A DNA stretch of 64,000 nt from the human T2T-CHM13v2.0 reference genome, Homo sapiens, in the NCBI RefSeq assembly GCF_009914755.1, contig NC_060926.1; one strand, written 5' to 3'. Positions 14,213 to 28,336 of the stretch are shown piece by piece (position 1 is the first letter of the stretch; the number at the start of each line of letters is the position of its first letter). A program made the position numbers and the translations under genes. The notes below the pieces were generated by a model. That model did no database searches. It was not told where the DNA came from and was given only the letters and a program-made list of their open reading frames with translations.

Positions 14213-15438
14213 ATATATGATTTGATCATATATACATGATTATACATAATAAGAGAAAATATGAAAACTTAGGCCACAAAACATCTTGTATTTATAGAAA
14301 AATAGCTTGTACCAAGAGTAACATTTATGTGTAAAAGTTGTGTGTACAGCAGTATGTTTTGAAGAAAACTATACATTGAATTGCCATGATTACCAAGTTT
14401 ACCAGTTAAATGGAGTTGACCTACTATCACATTTGTGTACATTTAATAAAACAGCTGACAATATTGATTTTGTGGCCATTTTTGGAAGCAACTCTTCTTT
14501 GTTTTCTGTTACAGACATTTCCACAGGCCTTTGAGAAATTCCAAAGACCTCTGCAATATGCCTATTGTACCTGATGCTTAAATAGGACTTGGTATATAGA
14601 CCTTTTCCAAGAAACATGTTAGGAGAAAATTGAATGCAAAAGTGATAAACATGAATACTGTTAAAATGCAAAGCTATAGAGGCTGTACCCTTCTCTATTA
14701 ATTTTGCAGATACCAATGCATGAAAACAGTTTATCTCTTTCAAGAGAGAAAAGGCAAGCCATATTTCAAAAGCACCAGTCAGTGCACAAAGAAAATTCAG
14801 AATATACAGAGTGTAGATCAGAAATCCCAGGGCTTTCCTGAGCCACTTATGTTCTACATCCTCAGAAGCTTGTTCATCATAATCTTTATAGGCAAACACT
14901 ATTTGAGAAATATTTTTCTGCCTGGTAATTTTTGCAAATGATTAAGTATTAACTTTTCTAGTGAAGCCCATTGTTGATAAAAATAGGACAAGAACATAAA
15001 AAAGTGGAGATGGCTTTAAAAGGAGGATGTAGTGGTTATCTCTGAGTGCTGATACTTAATAATTAATTTTTTTCCTTTTTTAAATTGGCTTTGTTCTCTA
15101 ATGACTATATACATTATGTGAAATAAGAAAAATATTCAAAACTAGAGATGCTATTTAATGATATAAAACAACACATATCTAAGAATTCAGATGGTTTAAG
15201 AATTATATAAGTGTGAGGTAAGCATTATAAAACAACATTGCATATTAATTTTTAACTTTAAACATCACTTTCACAATTAAAAAAAAATCTTATCTACTTA
15301 TTATGGAACATAGGGCAGACATTACTTCCATGCTATATCTGAGGAAATTTAGTCATAAAGATTAACGTGCTATCTAAAGTTGCAAACTTGGTTAATTGGC
15401 AGAGTTGGTATAAAACCCATATCCTGATACCTATTCCA

Positions 15439-15439
<1 letters not shown>

Positions 15440-15498
<59 letters not shown>
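15440..15498. repeat. Perfect (TA)29 microsatellite
   Basis: Directly visible. Confidence 0.97.
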
Positions 15499-15502
<4 letters not shown>

Positions 15503-16394
15503 GACAGAAATATTTCTGTTATCATAACCAGGCAGTCAAGAAAAAGTTAATTGGATGTCAGTCTGAATTTATCAAGGCCAACTGTTATCATATTCTAATG
15601 TCTTATATCCATAAAGTGACATTTGCTCTTCATTATCATATACTTTCTTCTCACCTCACAATACTTTTAAAAAGAGAAAAATAACATCTAAATGTAAAAT
15701 GACAGAACATTTAATATATGTAGATTAACATTTAGTTGGGGTACACTTCCCAAACCTATGGAACTATGAAAGTTTCTAGCACAATTATAGAACTTGTGGG
15801 TAATAATTTGAAGTTTTACACTTTCAGTAAGATAAGTGTCACAATACAAATACCATTACTCAAGATTTGATTTCATCTCAGATTTTAACCCTTTTCAATG
15901 AATCTAAAACTTGATGACTAGAATGAGATTAGCTAATCTGTCTTGTTTAGAATGACTTTACAGTTTTTTAGGTTTCACCAAAACAAAGCAAAAAAATCGC
16001 AACTACTGTTTGTCAAACATTGCCATTATTTCTAGATTCCTTTTTTCCCACCAGATATATCCTGAGAGCAGTCTTTCTTAGTTTTTCTTCTGTATGCACA
16101 GTAGTGCATTGTATTGTACTCATCAGCACAATTTTATAATAAGCGAGACAATTAGATATCCAGTCCTTCCTCAGCTCTCTTCTACATACTTCTATAAGCA
16201 CTCTGGATTTTTTTTAAAAAATTAACTTTGCATCAAACTTTACAAAATCTCCTATATTCTTAAAGCCCTCTTTTCACTGAGCTAGAAAATTACTCTCATA
16301 ATCAAATATAGTGGGTTAGATGGCTTAAAGTTTCAAAATCTACCTCCTTTAACACACATCTTTCTGAACCAAGGACATGATGTACTTACTGAAG

Positions 16395-16635
16395 CAGAAT
16401 AGCTTAGAGATTAAGAATGTAAACTCTAGACTCAGAGAGATCTGGGTTCAAATTCCAACTGTGTCATTTACTAGCTATGTGACCTTGGTAGCCATTTATT
16501 CTGTATTGGGATTCCTATTTGAAAAAAGATGGGGATAGCAACACTATCTTATAGAGCTCTATCAGAATTACATGAGATATTACAAAGTAACATTTAGTCC
16601 ATTTCCTAGTATGTGATAAATGCCTAATAAATTTT
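16395..16635 (+). mobile_element. MIR SINE
   Basis: tctgggttcaaattccaactgtgtcatttactagctatgtgaccttgg MIR core. Confidence 0.75.
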
Positions 16636-18828
16636 AGAGAGAATAGGTGTCATGTGTGAGGGCAGTTGTGTGTGCTGTAAAAATATAAAATAATGAACAC
16701 TGTAACATTGTTTTATTTTAATATGAAAGCCTTCAGAAAAGTTGGACATATTTCAAAGTTATGTCCAAATCAAGTGACTTTCAAAAATGACATTCCTACC
16801 TTGTAATTTTTATTAATATTTTCAATATTTTGTAGCACAGATTAGGACTTTTATGTAAACTCATTATATCATTATTTATGTTCAGTAATAGTTGACAATG
16901 GAAGGAATATTAAATTGTATCACATGGGAGCTTTCATGAGAAAAAGAATATTAGCTCATCACCATAAAACATCTAGCATAGTAAGATTTATAGCATAATG
17001 CAAAAAAAAAAATCACTTGACCATTAAATAAAGACCAAACTTACCAAAAAACCCTGCCAGCTAGCTTTTTAAAAATTTTATCTTTACAGAAACATGTTTT
17101 ATTTTACTATATAAGTGAGTTAAATATGCAGTGGCAGTACATCTTAATCACAGTTCCAATATAGAGAGGAACATAGAGGAATGTGTCACCTTTATTATTT
17201 ATGCATGTTTCTATATGGCAAGCACTACCACATCAGTACCATGACTACTAATGGATTTACTGCAAATTAACCTTGACATCCATCAGATCGCTGAATGTAT
17301 GAATGACTGAAATTTAAAGTGGTTTTCAGCAATCTCCACATTTAAGCTGTGCAGCAAGCCTCTATTACTCACTCTAAATTCATTAACAAAGCTGGCTCTA
17401 TCAGACACAAATTTAGCAATGTCAACATACTTTACACTCCAATAAATGTTTGTAAAAAATATACATGGGCTCCCGTATCTCTTGTTTAAACTGCCTGTGA
17501 TGTTATAATCAGGGAATATTTTTAGATCTTATTGAACATGCTATTTACATATAGGGTTCTCTCCCTTCTTGTTCTTTCTTGCCAACTGTCCCTTGCCTAA
17601 GTGTGCCCACTTCAGCCTCACGTCAATTCTGCAAAGGCTAACATATTCCCTTACATAGATTGAAACTTTCTGAAAAAGAAAACCAATCAGCATGTACAGG
17701 TCTGCTCAATTATTGGTTGCTCTGGATCCTTGCTACATGAACAATAATATAATTAACTTCGGAGTAGATTAGCTTCTAACTCATAACATAAGTATATGAA
17801 TAAAAGGTTACTTTTTGAAAGCCTATAATTCTTCAAATGTCATCTTGTAGCCAACACGAAACATTCAGGCAATTATGTTTCTATTAATAAATGTAACAGG
17901 AATATAACACTTCCTTCAGTGAAAGTTTACAGTGAAAGCCAGGTAACCAGATGAATATTAAAAGTAAAGCATTTGTAAGTAAGGGGAACCTTTATTCTTT
18001 CTACAACCTTTTCCAGATGCTGTTGTTAATTTGAAATTTTCTGGAGAATTTCTACCTATATGGAGGAATTCTTTGGCTTAAGGTTCATAAAAAGCAAAAG
18101 CACAGAGAAGACCACATTGTATGCAAAAAGAGTTTTAGATCAGGGCAACATTTCTAAACTGATGAAACAGAATCTTAACAATCACTAAAACAATAACAAG
18201 TAAATACACTTTATTTTCCTTCTGAATTATTGTAAGTTCTTTGTAGAATCATAAGGAATTATTTCATGAAGCTGAGCACTATAGGTTCCTAATTACTAAA
18301 ATTTCATATAGGCATATTAAAAATTCAGAAAAAGTGAACATCTTAGGAGAAGTTAATGGAATCAAGTAATGAGTTTCTACCTATAATATGTAACCACTTC
18401 TAGATTTAAAAATTAATTACAATAATTACTAATATTGAGAAGTAAGGCACAGCCCTCAATGTTACATATGCATGTAAGGGTGCAAAGACAAAGATGCCAG
18501 GAAAAGAAAAAGAAAATATGGACTATATATCATAAATTAAGACTTCTGGTGGGAGGGGCAGACAACAGAATTGGCAAATGTGTTATAACTAGCTAAAGAG
18601 ATTGGAGAATTAGACAGATTTTTAATCACATCTTTGAGAAAGAGACTGCATATGCTCTTTATAAATGAAAGAAGGCAAGAAACATGACATGTCACAGAAA
18701 TGGTTTAGGCACAGGTCCCATATTCTCAATCAGGTCGAAACAAAAAATGTCCAGAAGAATTTAGATAATTCCCAAATAATGAAAGCTTTATGGAAATAGT
18801 TAAGGATGATATTCAAGACAGCAACATA

Positions 18829-19117
18829 GGTCAACAGATACAAAGTTACGGTTAGATAGGAAGAATGAGTTCTGGTGTTCTGTTGCACAGTAGGGTGACT
18901 ATGGTTAATATTATTATATTGTAAATTTCAAAATAGCTAGGAGAGAGGATCTGAATGATCTAACAACAAAGAAATGATAAATATATGAGATGATGAATAT
19001 GCTAAACATACCGATTTGATTTTTACACAACATATATATGTATTAAAACATCACTATAAGTGTGTACAATTATAACATGTCAATAAAAACAAAACACAAT
19101 AAATAAATTTGAAAAAA
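18829..19117 (+). mobile_element. L1MA-type 3' end
   Basis: tacaaagttacggttagataggaagaat...gcacagtagggtgactat...A-rich tail. Confidence 0.8.
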
Positions 19118-20462
19118 GAGAACAATGGGAAATTTGTCATATATAGCAAATTGTATGTTCTGTCAAAACTCTAGGCTAAAGCATTTTTTAATTATTAATT
19201 TTTTATTAAATAAAATTAAGTTATTAAATTTTAAAAAATACGTTGTTGACTACTTATTAAGTCAAATGCAAACTGAGCAAGACAGGGAGACTCAAACTTG
19301 TGAGCACACTATTTTCTTGCATTGGAATTTCATGAAAGTGATACTGTCTAGGATCACTGTCCACACACTATTCCACCAAACACCAATCATAAATTTGGTT
19401 CAAGTTAATCCAAAAGATTCTTGAACTCTTGCAAATCAGACACTGTCATACCTCCAGTATCCAGGAGGACTCATTAGGTGTTAACAATTAAGGTTTTCCA
19501 AATTTTTAAGGGGATCAGAGGAGGGTGAACCAGCTAGACTCCACGGTAGACATTGGAAGTCTGAAAGCAGAAGAGTATTCCTCTTCAATAAGCCAGCCCA
19601 TCTGAGATTAGGCTCTAGCCCAGCCAAGATACCATTTAAAAAAAAATTGTGTGTGTTTACTCAACAAGAAATTTTAATCAAAATAAAACAATTGAGAAAA
19701 TGAAATAACTAAAAGTTACTGTGATTCCAATGAGGTCAAGAATCATTTCTCTCAAATATAATTTCAATAGTAATTATGCGCTTCAATAAAAAATGAATTT
19801 ACCTCTACCTATTGGCCCAAAACTTTTCTCTAATAAAAATGTTTTTCTAATAAATGTTCTACATTTTCTATATTCTCTAATAAAATTGCTATATCTTAGA
19901 AAGAATTATATATTCATAAATACATTTTATCACATTTTGATGTTTATAAAAAGAGTATGGTACATGAAAATAAAGTATTCATTCTTCTAAAAACAAGTGT
20001 ATACCACTCTAATAAGTGAAATAATTATTTAAAATGTAAATAGATCCATGGCTGACCTATCTTGTCAATATCCTAGACATTCATTCAGAAACACCACCAA
20101 TAGCAGCAAAGACTGCACACTGGACAATCAAATATGCACCATTCATATAGAATGAGATGTTAATGATGTTCATTGGTGTCGTATAAAACTATGACTCTAC
20201 ATAATCAATGATCAATGATTGATAGAGATTGTGCTGATTTGAATAAGTTATTCTCTTTTTTTTCTGACATTATAAGGGCATTAACTAACATAGAAAACAT
20301 TTCTAAGCCTTCCTATCTCTTGATTTGCTGATAAGTGCCAACTGTGTGAAAGGAGCTAAGAATATAAATTCAGAAACAGCCTTTTCTCTTCAGCAGATAG
20401 GATCTGTTCATTAAAGGTAAATATTAGGGCAAAATAGTTTGTGTGAGATGTCAGAAAAATGG

Positions 20463-20578
20463 TGGTGTTCTGTTGCACAGTAGGGTTACTATGGTTAATA
20501 TTATTGTATTGTAAATTTCAAAATGGCTAGAAGAGAGGATTTGAATTTTCTAACCATAAAGAAATGACAAATGTATGA
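20463..20578 (+). repeat. Second copy of the L1MA 3' segment 18873-18988
   Basis: 116 bp, ungapped, 11 mismatches by manual alignment. Confidence 0.85.
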
Positions 20579-23179
20579 ATATTTGTCAAATATTTGACAA
20601 ATATATGTTATTCAACCATGTTATCATCTATTTTGGATTTTTAAACTGCTTTTTAAGAAGGTGATAATATTAAAAGCACTGATTAATGAAAACCTAAGAT
20701 TATCAGAAAAAAATGATAAGAAAAATCTATGTGTGTATATGTATTTTCTTTTAGGTCAAAGTCATGTAAATAGTTGAGTAGTTTGAAATAATGTTCAACC
20801 CAATGAACACTACTTTTAAAAATGTATGCAATAAGTGGTCCACTTAGTGGTATCTTTGCAATATATTTTCTTTTACAATCTACTTATTATTTTCCTGGCA
20901 AATGTGTCATTTAGAAGTATCCCCTCCAGGAACAGTTGAGTTCAATAGTTTGAGCTGCCCAGAGAGACAAACTTGTTTTGAGATCAAATTCAAAGTCCTG
21001 GGAACTGCTTAAAAGGCTCTTGGTCCAGGTTACCTGGCTGAGTAGAAAAACAGGTAAGTAGTAGAACTTTTGCCAATCAGATCAGAAAAAATTCCATAAA
21101 GACAGCAAAGTGATCTAGAATTAAAAATAAAACAAAGCAAAGTAATCCCACAACCAATAATCCTAAGAACATCAAATGCTTATGTCTTCCCTTCTGAAAC
21201 TAGGCTCCCTCCAGCAGTAGGTGAACTTTATTAAAAAGTCTCTGGCAAGTAACTCAGTAATCAATTTGTATTAAAGCTATAGGCAGCAGGGACAGGAAGA
21301 AAAAGAATCACATCATCAGGAACTTTAAGAAAAATCTATTTTGAAGAGCATAACCTAAGTGTGCATGTTCCCAGTAAACTCTTAAAATTATTAGCTGGTC
21401 GGTAGAAGTTGTAGTTGCCTAGCAATGTCCTTTAACTTACCTATTTCAAAGGTTAATTGTGAAAATGGCTTTCATTAGGATTCAAGAGTCAAGAATTTTC
21501 TTTACTATAATTATGGTCTAAAAAATGTCCAGTTTAAAAAAAAAACTGACATAAACATAGAACTTACTGCCGAAATACTCTTGGAGAAAAGTGAGTAAAT
21601 TTTCCAATTTACAAATAACAAAACTGAGGCACAGAGAAACCAAGTGTCTTCTCAATGTCAAACAGATGGGTGCAGGCTTGTACTTAACTCTATTCTTAGT
21701 GATTTTTTTTTTCTATACAACAAAAAGCTAAGCTCAAATGACTAATTCTTATTTAGAAAAATAAATTATAATTCACAAATCAAGGTCTCATTTCAATCAT
21801 TTTAGAGTTTTTCTAATGATGCTTCCCTAGTCTGATTTGGGGAAAGTTTCTATAATGACACTTAACAGAAATGATTCACTCACATTCTGACATTTTTAGA
21901 GTCTATCCTGAATCTTTAAAAGGTGTGAGGTATCTGCAATGCTTTATTGTAAACATCCTCTCTAAGCAGCCATCCAAGCCTTTGGCTTATTCTGAAGCTT
22001 CTAAATTGTGGACCAAAGCTACAGAAGACAAATTTTCCTTATTTTTACCACAGTCACTTTTACTCTATACCAGAAAGGCTTTATGACTTTTTGGCAGTGA
22101 CACTTCTTTTTGTCCTTAGCAATGGAATTAAATCCTTAATACAAAAGAATAGGTATTTATTTTGAATTATTTGCATCGCATAGTTAAATAGAAGGGACCA
22201 TGCAAACAATAAAATTTGTAGTAATTTTAGGCTAAAACCAGAACCTTAACTTTTGTTTATTTCCTAATCTTAGTTCTACTCATTTATCTTCTTCCTGCCT
22301 ATCTGCTATACTTAAGTCATTCTTTACCTGACTAGGCCCTCATCAAAACCATTTACTAATTATTTTGGACTGGAACAGAAGGGAATATTAGTTTTTGACT
22401 CAGAAATTATCTCAGACTAAGCTCTAACTGGATTTACCTAGGCATTCACAAATGCAATACACATTCTCCTCTCAAAGTCACTTTTACTTCTGCTGGTTTA
22501 GGCTTCTCTGTGCACCTTGATTTCTTTTGTCATGCTTTCCACATTCATTCCAGCCAAGGTTAATTCTCGCCTTTCAACATCCACTAACTTATTTTTAATT
22601 TTTGAACTATTATAATATATGATAATTGTCTTTTATTGAAATATCCATTTTAAAAAGTATGCATCCTGAAGAAAGGGATCTTGCTTTAATTCTAGGTATC
22701 CTTATAAAAAATTATGTGCTTTTATTCACTTACTAATTATTAATAATGACTAATACACTCCTCAAGCTAAGTCAGGACCACTGATTCAATGATGAATACC
22801 ATAAGACTCCTGATTCTGAAACAAGCATAGGAAAGATTTATTTATGTGATCCATCCCATGCCTACATCCATCAGCATGATGGAGTATCTGCAGCTATATA
22901 AGAAATTGGAATGATTTCACCTAATACAACAATCTCAGATAAGGACACAGATTGCCTAAATTATTCTGATAAGAAAAAACATGGTCGACTTAGTTATACC
23001 TGGGTAAGAAATAAGTATTATGAAGAGACATGGGACTCCTCAACCTGGTAATGGTGATCACATGAAAAGGAGCACCAGATCTCACAGTTCACTTGAATAG
23101 CATAGCCAAAAATTCTGCATATTTTACAGGGAAAAGCTGGATATACCTTGCTAGTCCTCAGGCTTTAATGATTTATTAA

Positions 23180-23765
23180 TACTCAGAGAAATCTGACAGA
23201 CAGCACCTTAACCAGGTGATCAAAGCTAGCATCACCAGTAATGAGACATATCAAATTCAGGTTCTCCAAATATGGTACACTGAGGACACTGCAACATTCT
23301 GTGCTATTTTTGGCAAAAATTCACAGTCTCAGTTTTAGTTTTCCAAAAATGCATAGTCTCAATCTAATCATAAGAAAACATCTAACAAACCCAAATTGAA
23401 GGACATTCTAGAAAATAACTGGCAGCACTCATCAAGAGTCGAGGGCAGGAAACAGAGAAAGACTAAGGAACTGTCCTAGATTAGAGAAAACTAAGAAGAT
23501 ATGACAACTTGATGAAATGCAAGATCCTGGCTTTGATAGTGGACCACAGAAGAGGGCATTAGTGGGACAACTGGCAAGGTTTGATTAAGGTCTGACTCTT
23601 ACTTAATAATACTACATTAATGTTAATTTCCTGGTTTTAATCATTGTACTCTGGATATATGAGATGTTAACATTTGTGGGAGCTAACTGAAGACACAAGA
23701 AGGCTCTTTTAATTTTTTATAACTTTTTTGTAAATCTAAAATTTCAAAATAATTTTTAAAGATAA
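23180..23765 (+). mobile_element. L1MC-type 3' UTR fragment
   Basis: ccttaaccaggtgatcaaag...aacccaaattgaaggacattcta...taatgttaatttcctggtttt. Confidence 0.7.
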
Positions 23766-23802
23766 ATATATTAGTCATGAAGAGCAATTTAGAATCTCTC
23801 TC

Positions 23803-24090
23803 TTTTTTATTGAGACAGAGTCTCATTCTGTCACATAGGCTGGAGTTCAGTGGCTCAAACATAGCTGATTTGCAGCCTCAAACACCTGGGCTCAAGCAAT
23901 CCTCCCATCTCAGCCTCCTGAGTAGCTGGGGCTTCAGGCACATGGCCACCATACTTGGCGAATTTTTTAATATTTTCTTAGAGATAAGGTCTCACTATGT
24001 TTCCCAGGTTGGTTTCAAACTTCTGGCCTCAATAGATCTTTCTGCCTTGGCCTCTGAAGTGCCGGGATTCTAGGTGTGAGCTATAGTGTA
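23803..24090 (-). mobile_element. AluJ
   Basis: Diverged antisense Alu with ctgggctcaagcaatcctccc. Confidence 0.88.
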
Positions 24091-24645
24091 CAATTTAGAA
24101 TCCTGAATAAGATTCTTGGCCATGGGAATTTATGCAAGAGAGGTAGCTTGAGAAACACCTACCTCTTGAAATGAAGTAGAGTTTGAGATTTTGTTTGGCT
24201 ATAAAAACAGGAGAGCATTTAGAGGTGGGCAGAAGACATTTAACTTTTGTTCTACCTAATAAATTTGCTTAACGCAGAGCTCTTTGTAAATAAATCATTA
24301 TTAAGTCTTTAAAATGAACATATTCTAAAAATGCAAGTTAAAATAGAAATTGCCTAAGTAGAGTAGTCAACTCTGGGATCAGTTCACCCAAAAAGACAGA
24401 CAACTTATTCATTCATTTAATTCTTTTATCATAATGTCATTGTAAATATCATTGAAATTCTTATGAAATGTTTTCCAGTCTTAAAACCATGTAGATACAT
24501 AGTTTTAAGTCAGAATACATTTTTCCTGTCTTGTAATTAGAACTTCTTCACATTAGTGTGAGCTAATTCCTTCCCTAAGTTTGGAATCTAAGAGGGAAAC
24601 TAGTGTAAACAAATACTTGTATGTGTAGAAATTGGCATACGTTTT

Positions 24646-24951
24646 GGGCTGGGTATGGTGACTCACACCTGTAATCCCAGCACTTTGGGAGGCCAAGGCA
24701 GAAGGATTCCTTGAGGCCAGGAGTTTGAGACTAGCCTGGGCAACATAGCAAGATCCTGTCTTTACAAACTTTTTTTTTTTTTTTTTTTAATTAGCTGGGT
24801 GTGGTGGCACACATCTGTAGTCCTAGCTACTTGGGAGGCTGAAGTTGGAGGATCACTTGAGCCCAGGAGTTTAAGGCTGCAGTGAGTTGTGATCACATCA
24901 CTGCATTCCACCCTGGACAACAAAGTGAGACCCTTTCTTAAAAAAAAAAAA
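24646..24951 (+). mobile_element. AluJ with a T19 run in the middle linker
   Basis: gggctgggtatggtgactcacacctgtaatccc...gagcccaggagtttaaggctgcagtgag...poly-A. Confidence 0.92.
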
Positions 24952-25328
24952 GAATGAAATATTGTGGTTATGATGAAAAAGATGATTCAAAAGGCAGGGG
25001 ATGGTGATAATTATAGAGGAAGGACTCATATCTCTTCTAATAAAACAAGACAAAAAAATCCTATGATAGATCACTTTTAGATTTCTTGAAAGTTTAAAAA
25101 CCAGATGGCTTAGAGAGGTGGCAGGGAAAAACTCTAACTCAAATTAATGAGTGGGGCATTTTGACACAAACAAACAAATCAACAAAAAACAATGCGGAGA
25201 CAACAGCAGAAATATATTGCTGGAGACAGAATACAAAGGCAATAAAATAGTATAATTTAAGAATAAAAACATCTGTATACTCAATAAATACTAATTAAGC
25301 ATTTACTATGTATAAAGCACCATGCTAG

Positions 25329-25731
<403 letters not shown>

Positions 25732-26645
25732 TGAATTTCTCTTTCATATTTCCATTCTTAATACCATCCGCATCAAGTTAAAAATAAATAAATAACTTGT
25801 CTAATAAATACTTTACTGACTGACTTGCTTTACTGACCTGCTACCTTCTTACCTCTTAATTTAAATCTCTTTTATAAATTAACATCAGTTTATTTTTTGA
25901 AATAGTATTGCTAATTGCTTCTCTATTCAAAGACCTTCAATGATTAAGTGACTGTCTCCCAAATTAAGAATTTATGGTAACTTGGACTACCTTATGTACA
26001 AACCAACCCTGTACTTCAAGCAAACTGGAGAATTTGCTTGTCTCCCAAATACTCCCAAATTATTTTCATAGAAGATAAAATTTAATATGGCTCTGAAAAG
26101 ATAAGAGCAAATTTTATTGGCAGGATTTTGATGAGGAAAGGCAAAAAGGCACAAAATTTGGTTTTCAGGAGTAGGTTGTAGATCCACTTATATAAATGGA
26201 AAGTCACTTTTTAATATTTTTTTTTTAGCGGAAGCTGATGCATTTTTAAATACCACTATGTCTTATCTCTTTGTCTCTTGAATTAAATCTCCAGATAAAT
26301 ACAGAGCACAAATCACATAGTAGAAATTAGGACTATTCAAGGTCAGTGTTAAAAAGAGATTAGATAAGTTCTAGTATCTTAGTTTATTAAAAATTCTATG
26401 AAATGCAAATTTCCTTTAACAAGGAGTCACATAAATTCACAAAAGTAGAAAAATGTAATATTAATGTCATAAGAAAGACTGCACTTAGTAAGTGTCTTGG
26501 TGATATTTTGCTATTTATCATAAATTGTGTCATTCTATCTTTATGAGAAATAAAATCATTTCTCATTTTTTCAAAATTTAAATTTAAGTACCGGGATACA
26601 TGTGCAGTACGTGCAGGTTTATTACATAGGTACATGTGTGCCATT

Positions 26646-26895
26646 TACCTATGTAATAGATATTGTATTACATATGTAATTGTATATTTATTACACATTG
26701 CATATGTAATAAATTTATTACATATGCCATATGTAATAAATTTATTACACATTGCATATGTAATAAATTTATTACACATTGCATATGTAATAAATTTATT
26801 ACATATTGTATATGTAATAAATTTATTACATGTTGTATATGTATTACATATGTAATTGTATATTGTATTACATATGTAATACAATATGTAATAGA
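26646..26895. repeat. AT-rich quasi-palindromic 27-bp minisatellite inside the L1 3' UTR
   Basis: Unit attacacattgcatatgtaataaattt, about 5 copies plus degenerate flanks; 9-aa periodicity in overlapping ORFs on both strands. Confidence 0.92.
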
Positions 26896-28015
26896 TGCAT
26901 CTATTAGCCCATCACCTAGGTATTGAGCCCCACATGTGTTAGCATTCATCCTGATGCTCTCTCTCCCCCTGGCTCCCTGACAGGCACCACTGTGGTGAGC
27001 TCCCCTTCCTGTGTCCATGTGTTCTCATTGTTCAGCTCCCACTTATAACTGAGAACGTGCACTGTTTGGTTTTCTGTTCCTGCATTAGTTTGCTGAGGAT
27101 AATGGCTTCCAGCTCCATCCATGTCTCTGCAAAAGACACGATCTCAGTCCTTTTTTATGGCTACATAGTATTCCATAGTGTAATGTACCACATTTTCTTT
27201 ATCCGGTCTATCATTGATGGGCATTTGGAGTGGTTCCATGTCTTTGCTGTTGTGAATAGTGCTACAATTAACGTTAAGTGTACGTGTATCTTTATAATAG
27301 AATGATTTATTGTTCTTTGGGTATATACCCAGTAGTAGGATTGCTGGGTCAAATGGTATTTCTGGTTCTAGGTCTTTGAGGAATTGGCACACTGTCTTCC
27401 ACACTGGTTGAACTAATTTACATTCCCACCAACAGTGTAAAAGCATTCCTCTTTCTCCAGAGCCTGGCCAGCATCTGCTGTTTCTTGACTCTTTAATAAT
27501 CACCATTCTGACTGCTGTGCGATAGTATACGATTGTGGTTTTGGTTCACATTTCTCTAATGATCAGTGATGTTGAACGTTTTTTCATATGATTGTTGGCA
27601 GCATAAATGTTTTCTTTTGACAAATGTCTGTTAATGCCCTTTGCCCAGTTTTTAATGTTTTTTTGTTTGTTTGTTTTTGTAAATTTGCCCAGGTTCCTTG
27701 TAGATTCTGGATATTAGACCTTTGTCAGATGGATAGATTGCAAAAGTTTTCTCCTATTCTGCAGGTTATCTGTTCACTCTGATGATAGTTTCTTTTGCTG
27801 TGCAGAAGCTCTTTAGTTTAATTAGATCCCATTTGTCAATGTTTGATATTGTTGCCATTTCTTTTTATGTTTTTGTCATGAAATCTTTACCTATGCCTAT
27901 GTCCTGAATGGTATTGCTTAGATTTTCTTCTAGGGTTTTTACAGTTTTGGGTTTTACATTTAAGTCTTTTTTTTTTAACTTTTTTAAAATTTTATATTTT
28001 AAATACATTTTGTCC

Positions 28016-28336
28016 TTTTTTTTTTTTTCTTTTTTCTTTTCTTTTTTTTTTTTTTTGAGACAGAGTATCCCTCTATCACCCAGGCTGGAATGCAGTGCGT
28101 GATCTTGGCTCACTGCAACCTCTGTCTCCTGGGTTCAAGTGATTCTCCTGCCTCAGCCTCCCAAGAAACTGGGAATACAGTCATGTGCCACCACACTCAG
28201 CTAATTTTTGTACTTTTAGTAGAGACAGGGTTTTGCCATGTTAGCCAGGCTGGTCTCAAACTCCTGACCTCAGGTGATCCACCCACCTCTGCCTCCCAAA
28301 GTGCTGAGATTACAGGTGTGAGCCACTGCGTCCAGC
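28016..28336 (-). mobile_element. AluSx-like element nested in L1 ORF2
   Basis: TSD acatttaagtcttt (27956-27969) and acatttatatcttt (28337-28350). Confidence 0.93.

Noticed and set aside
14399-14899. 166-aa minus-strand ORF
   Set aside because: Non-ATG start, no recognisable homology and no convincing splice signals; possibly a decayed repeat. A protein or profile search would be needed.
17100-17750. Repeat-free stretch that might be a conserved enhancer (similar stretch at about 31700-32150)
   Set aside because: Cannot be supported without conservation or chromatin data.
26634-27018. Repetitive ORFs (IAYVINLLH / CICNKFIT) and a CRISPR-like look
   Set aside because: Artefact of a 27-bp palindromic tandem unit; no unique spacers, and the context is a primate intron.
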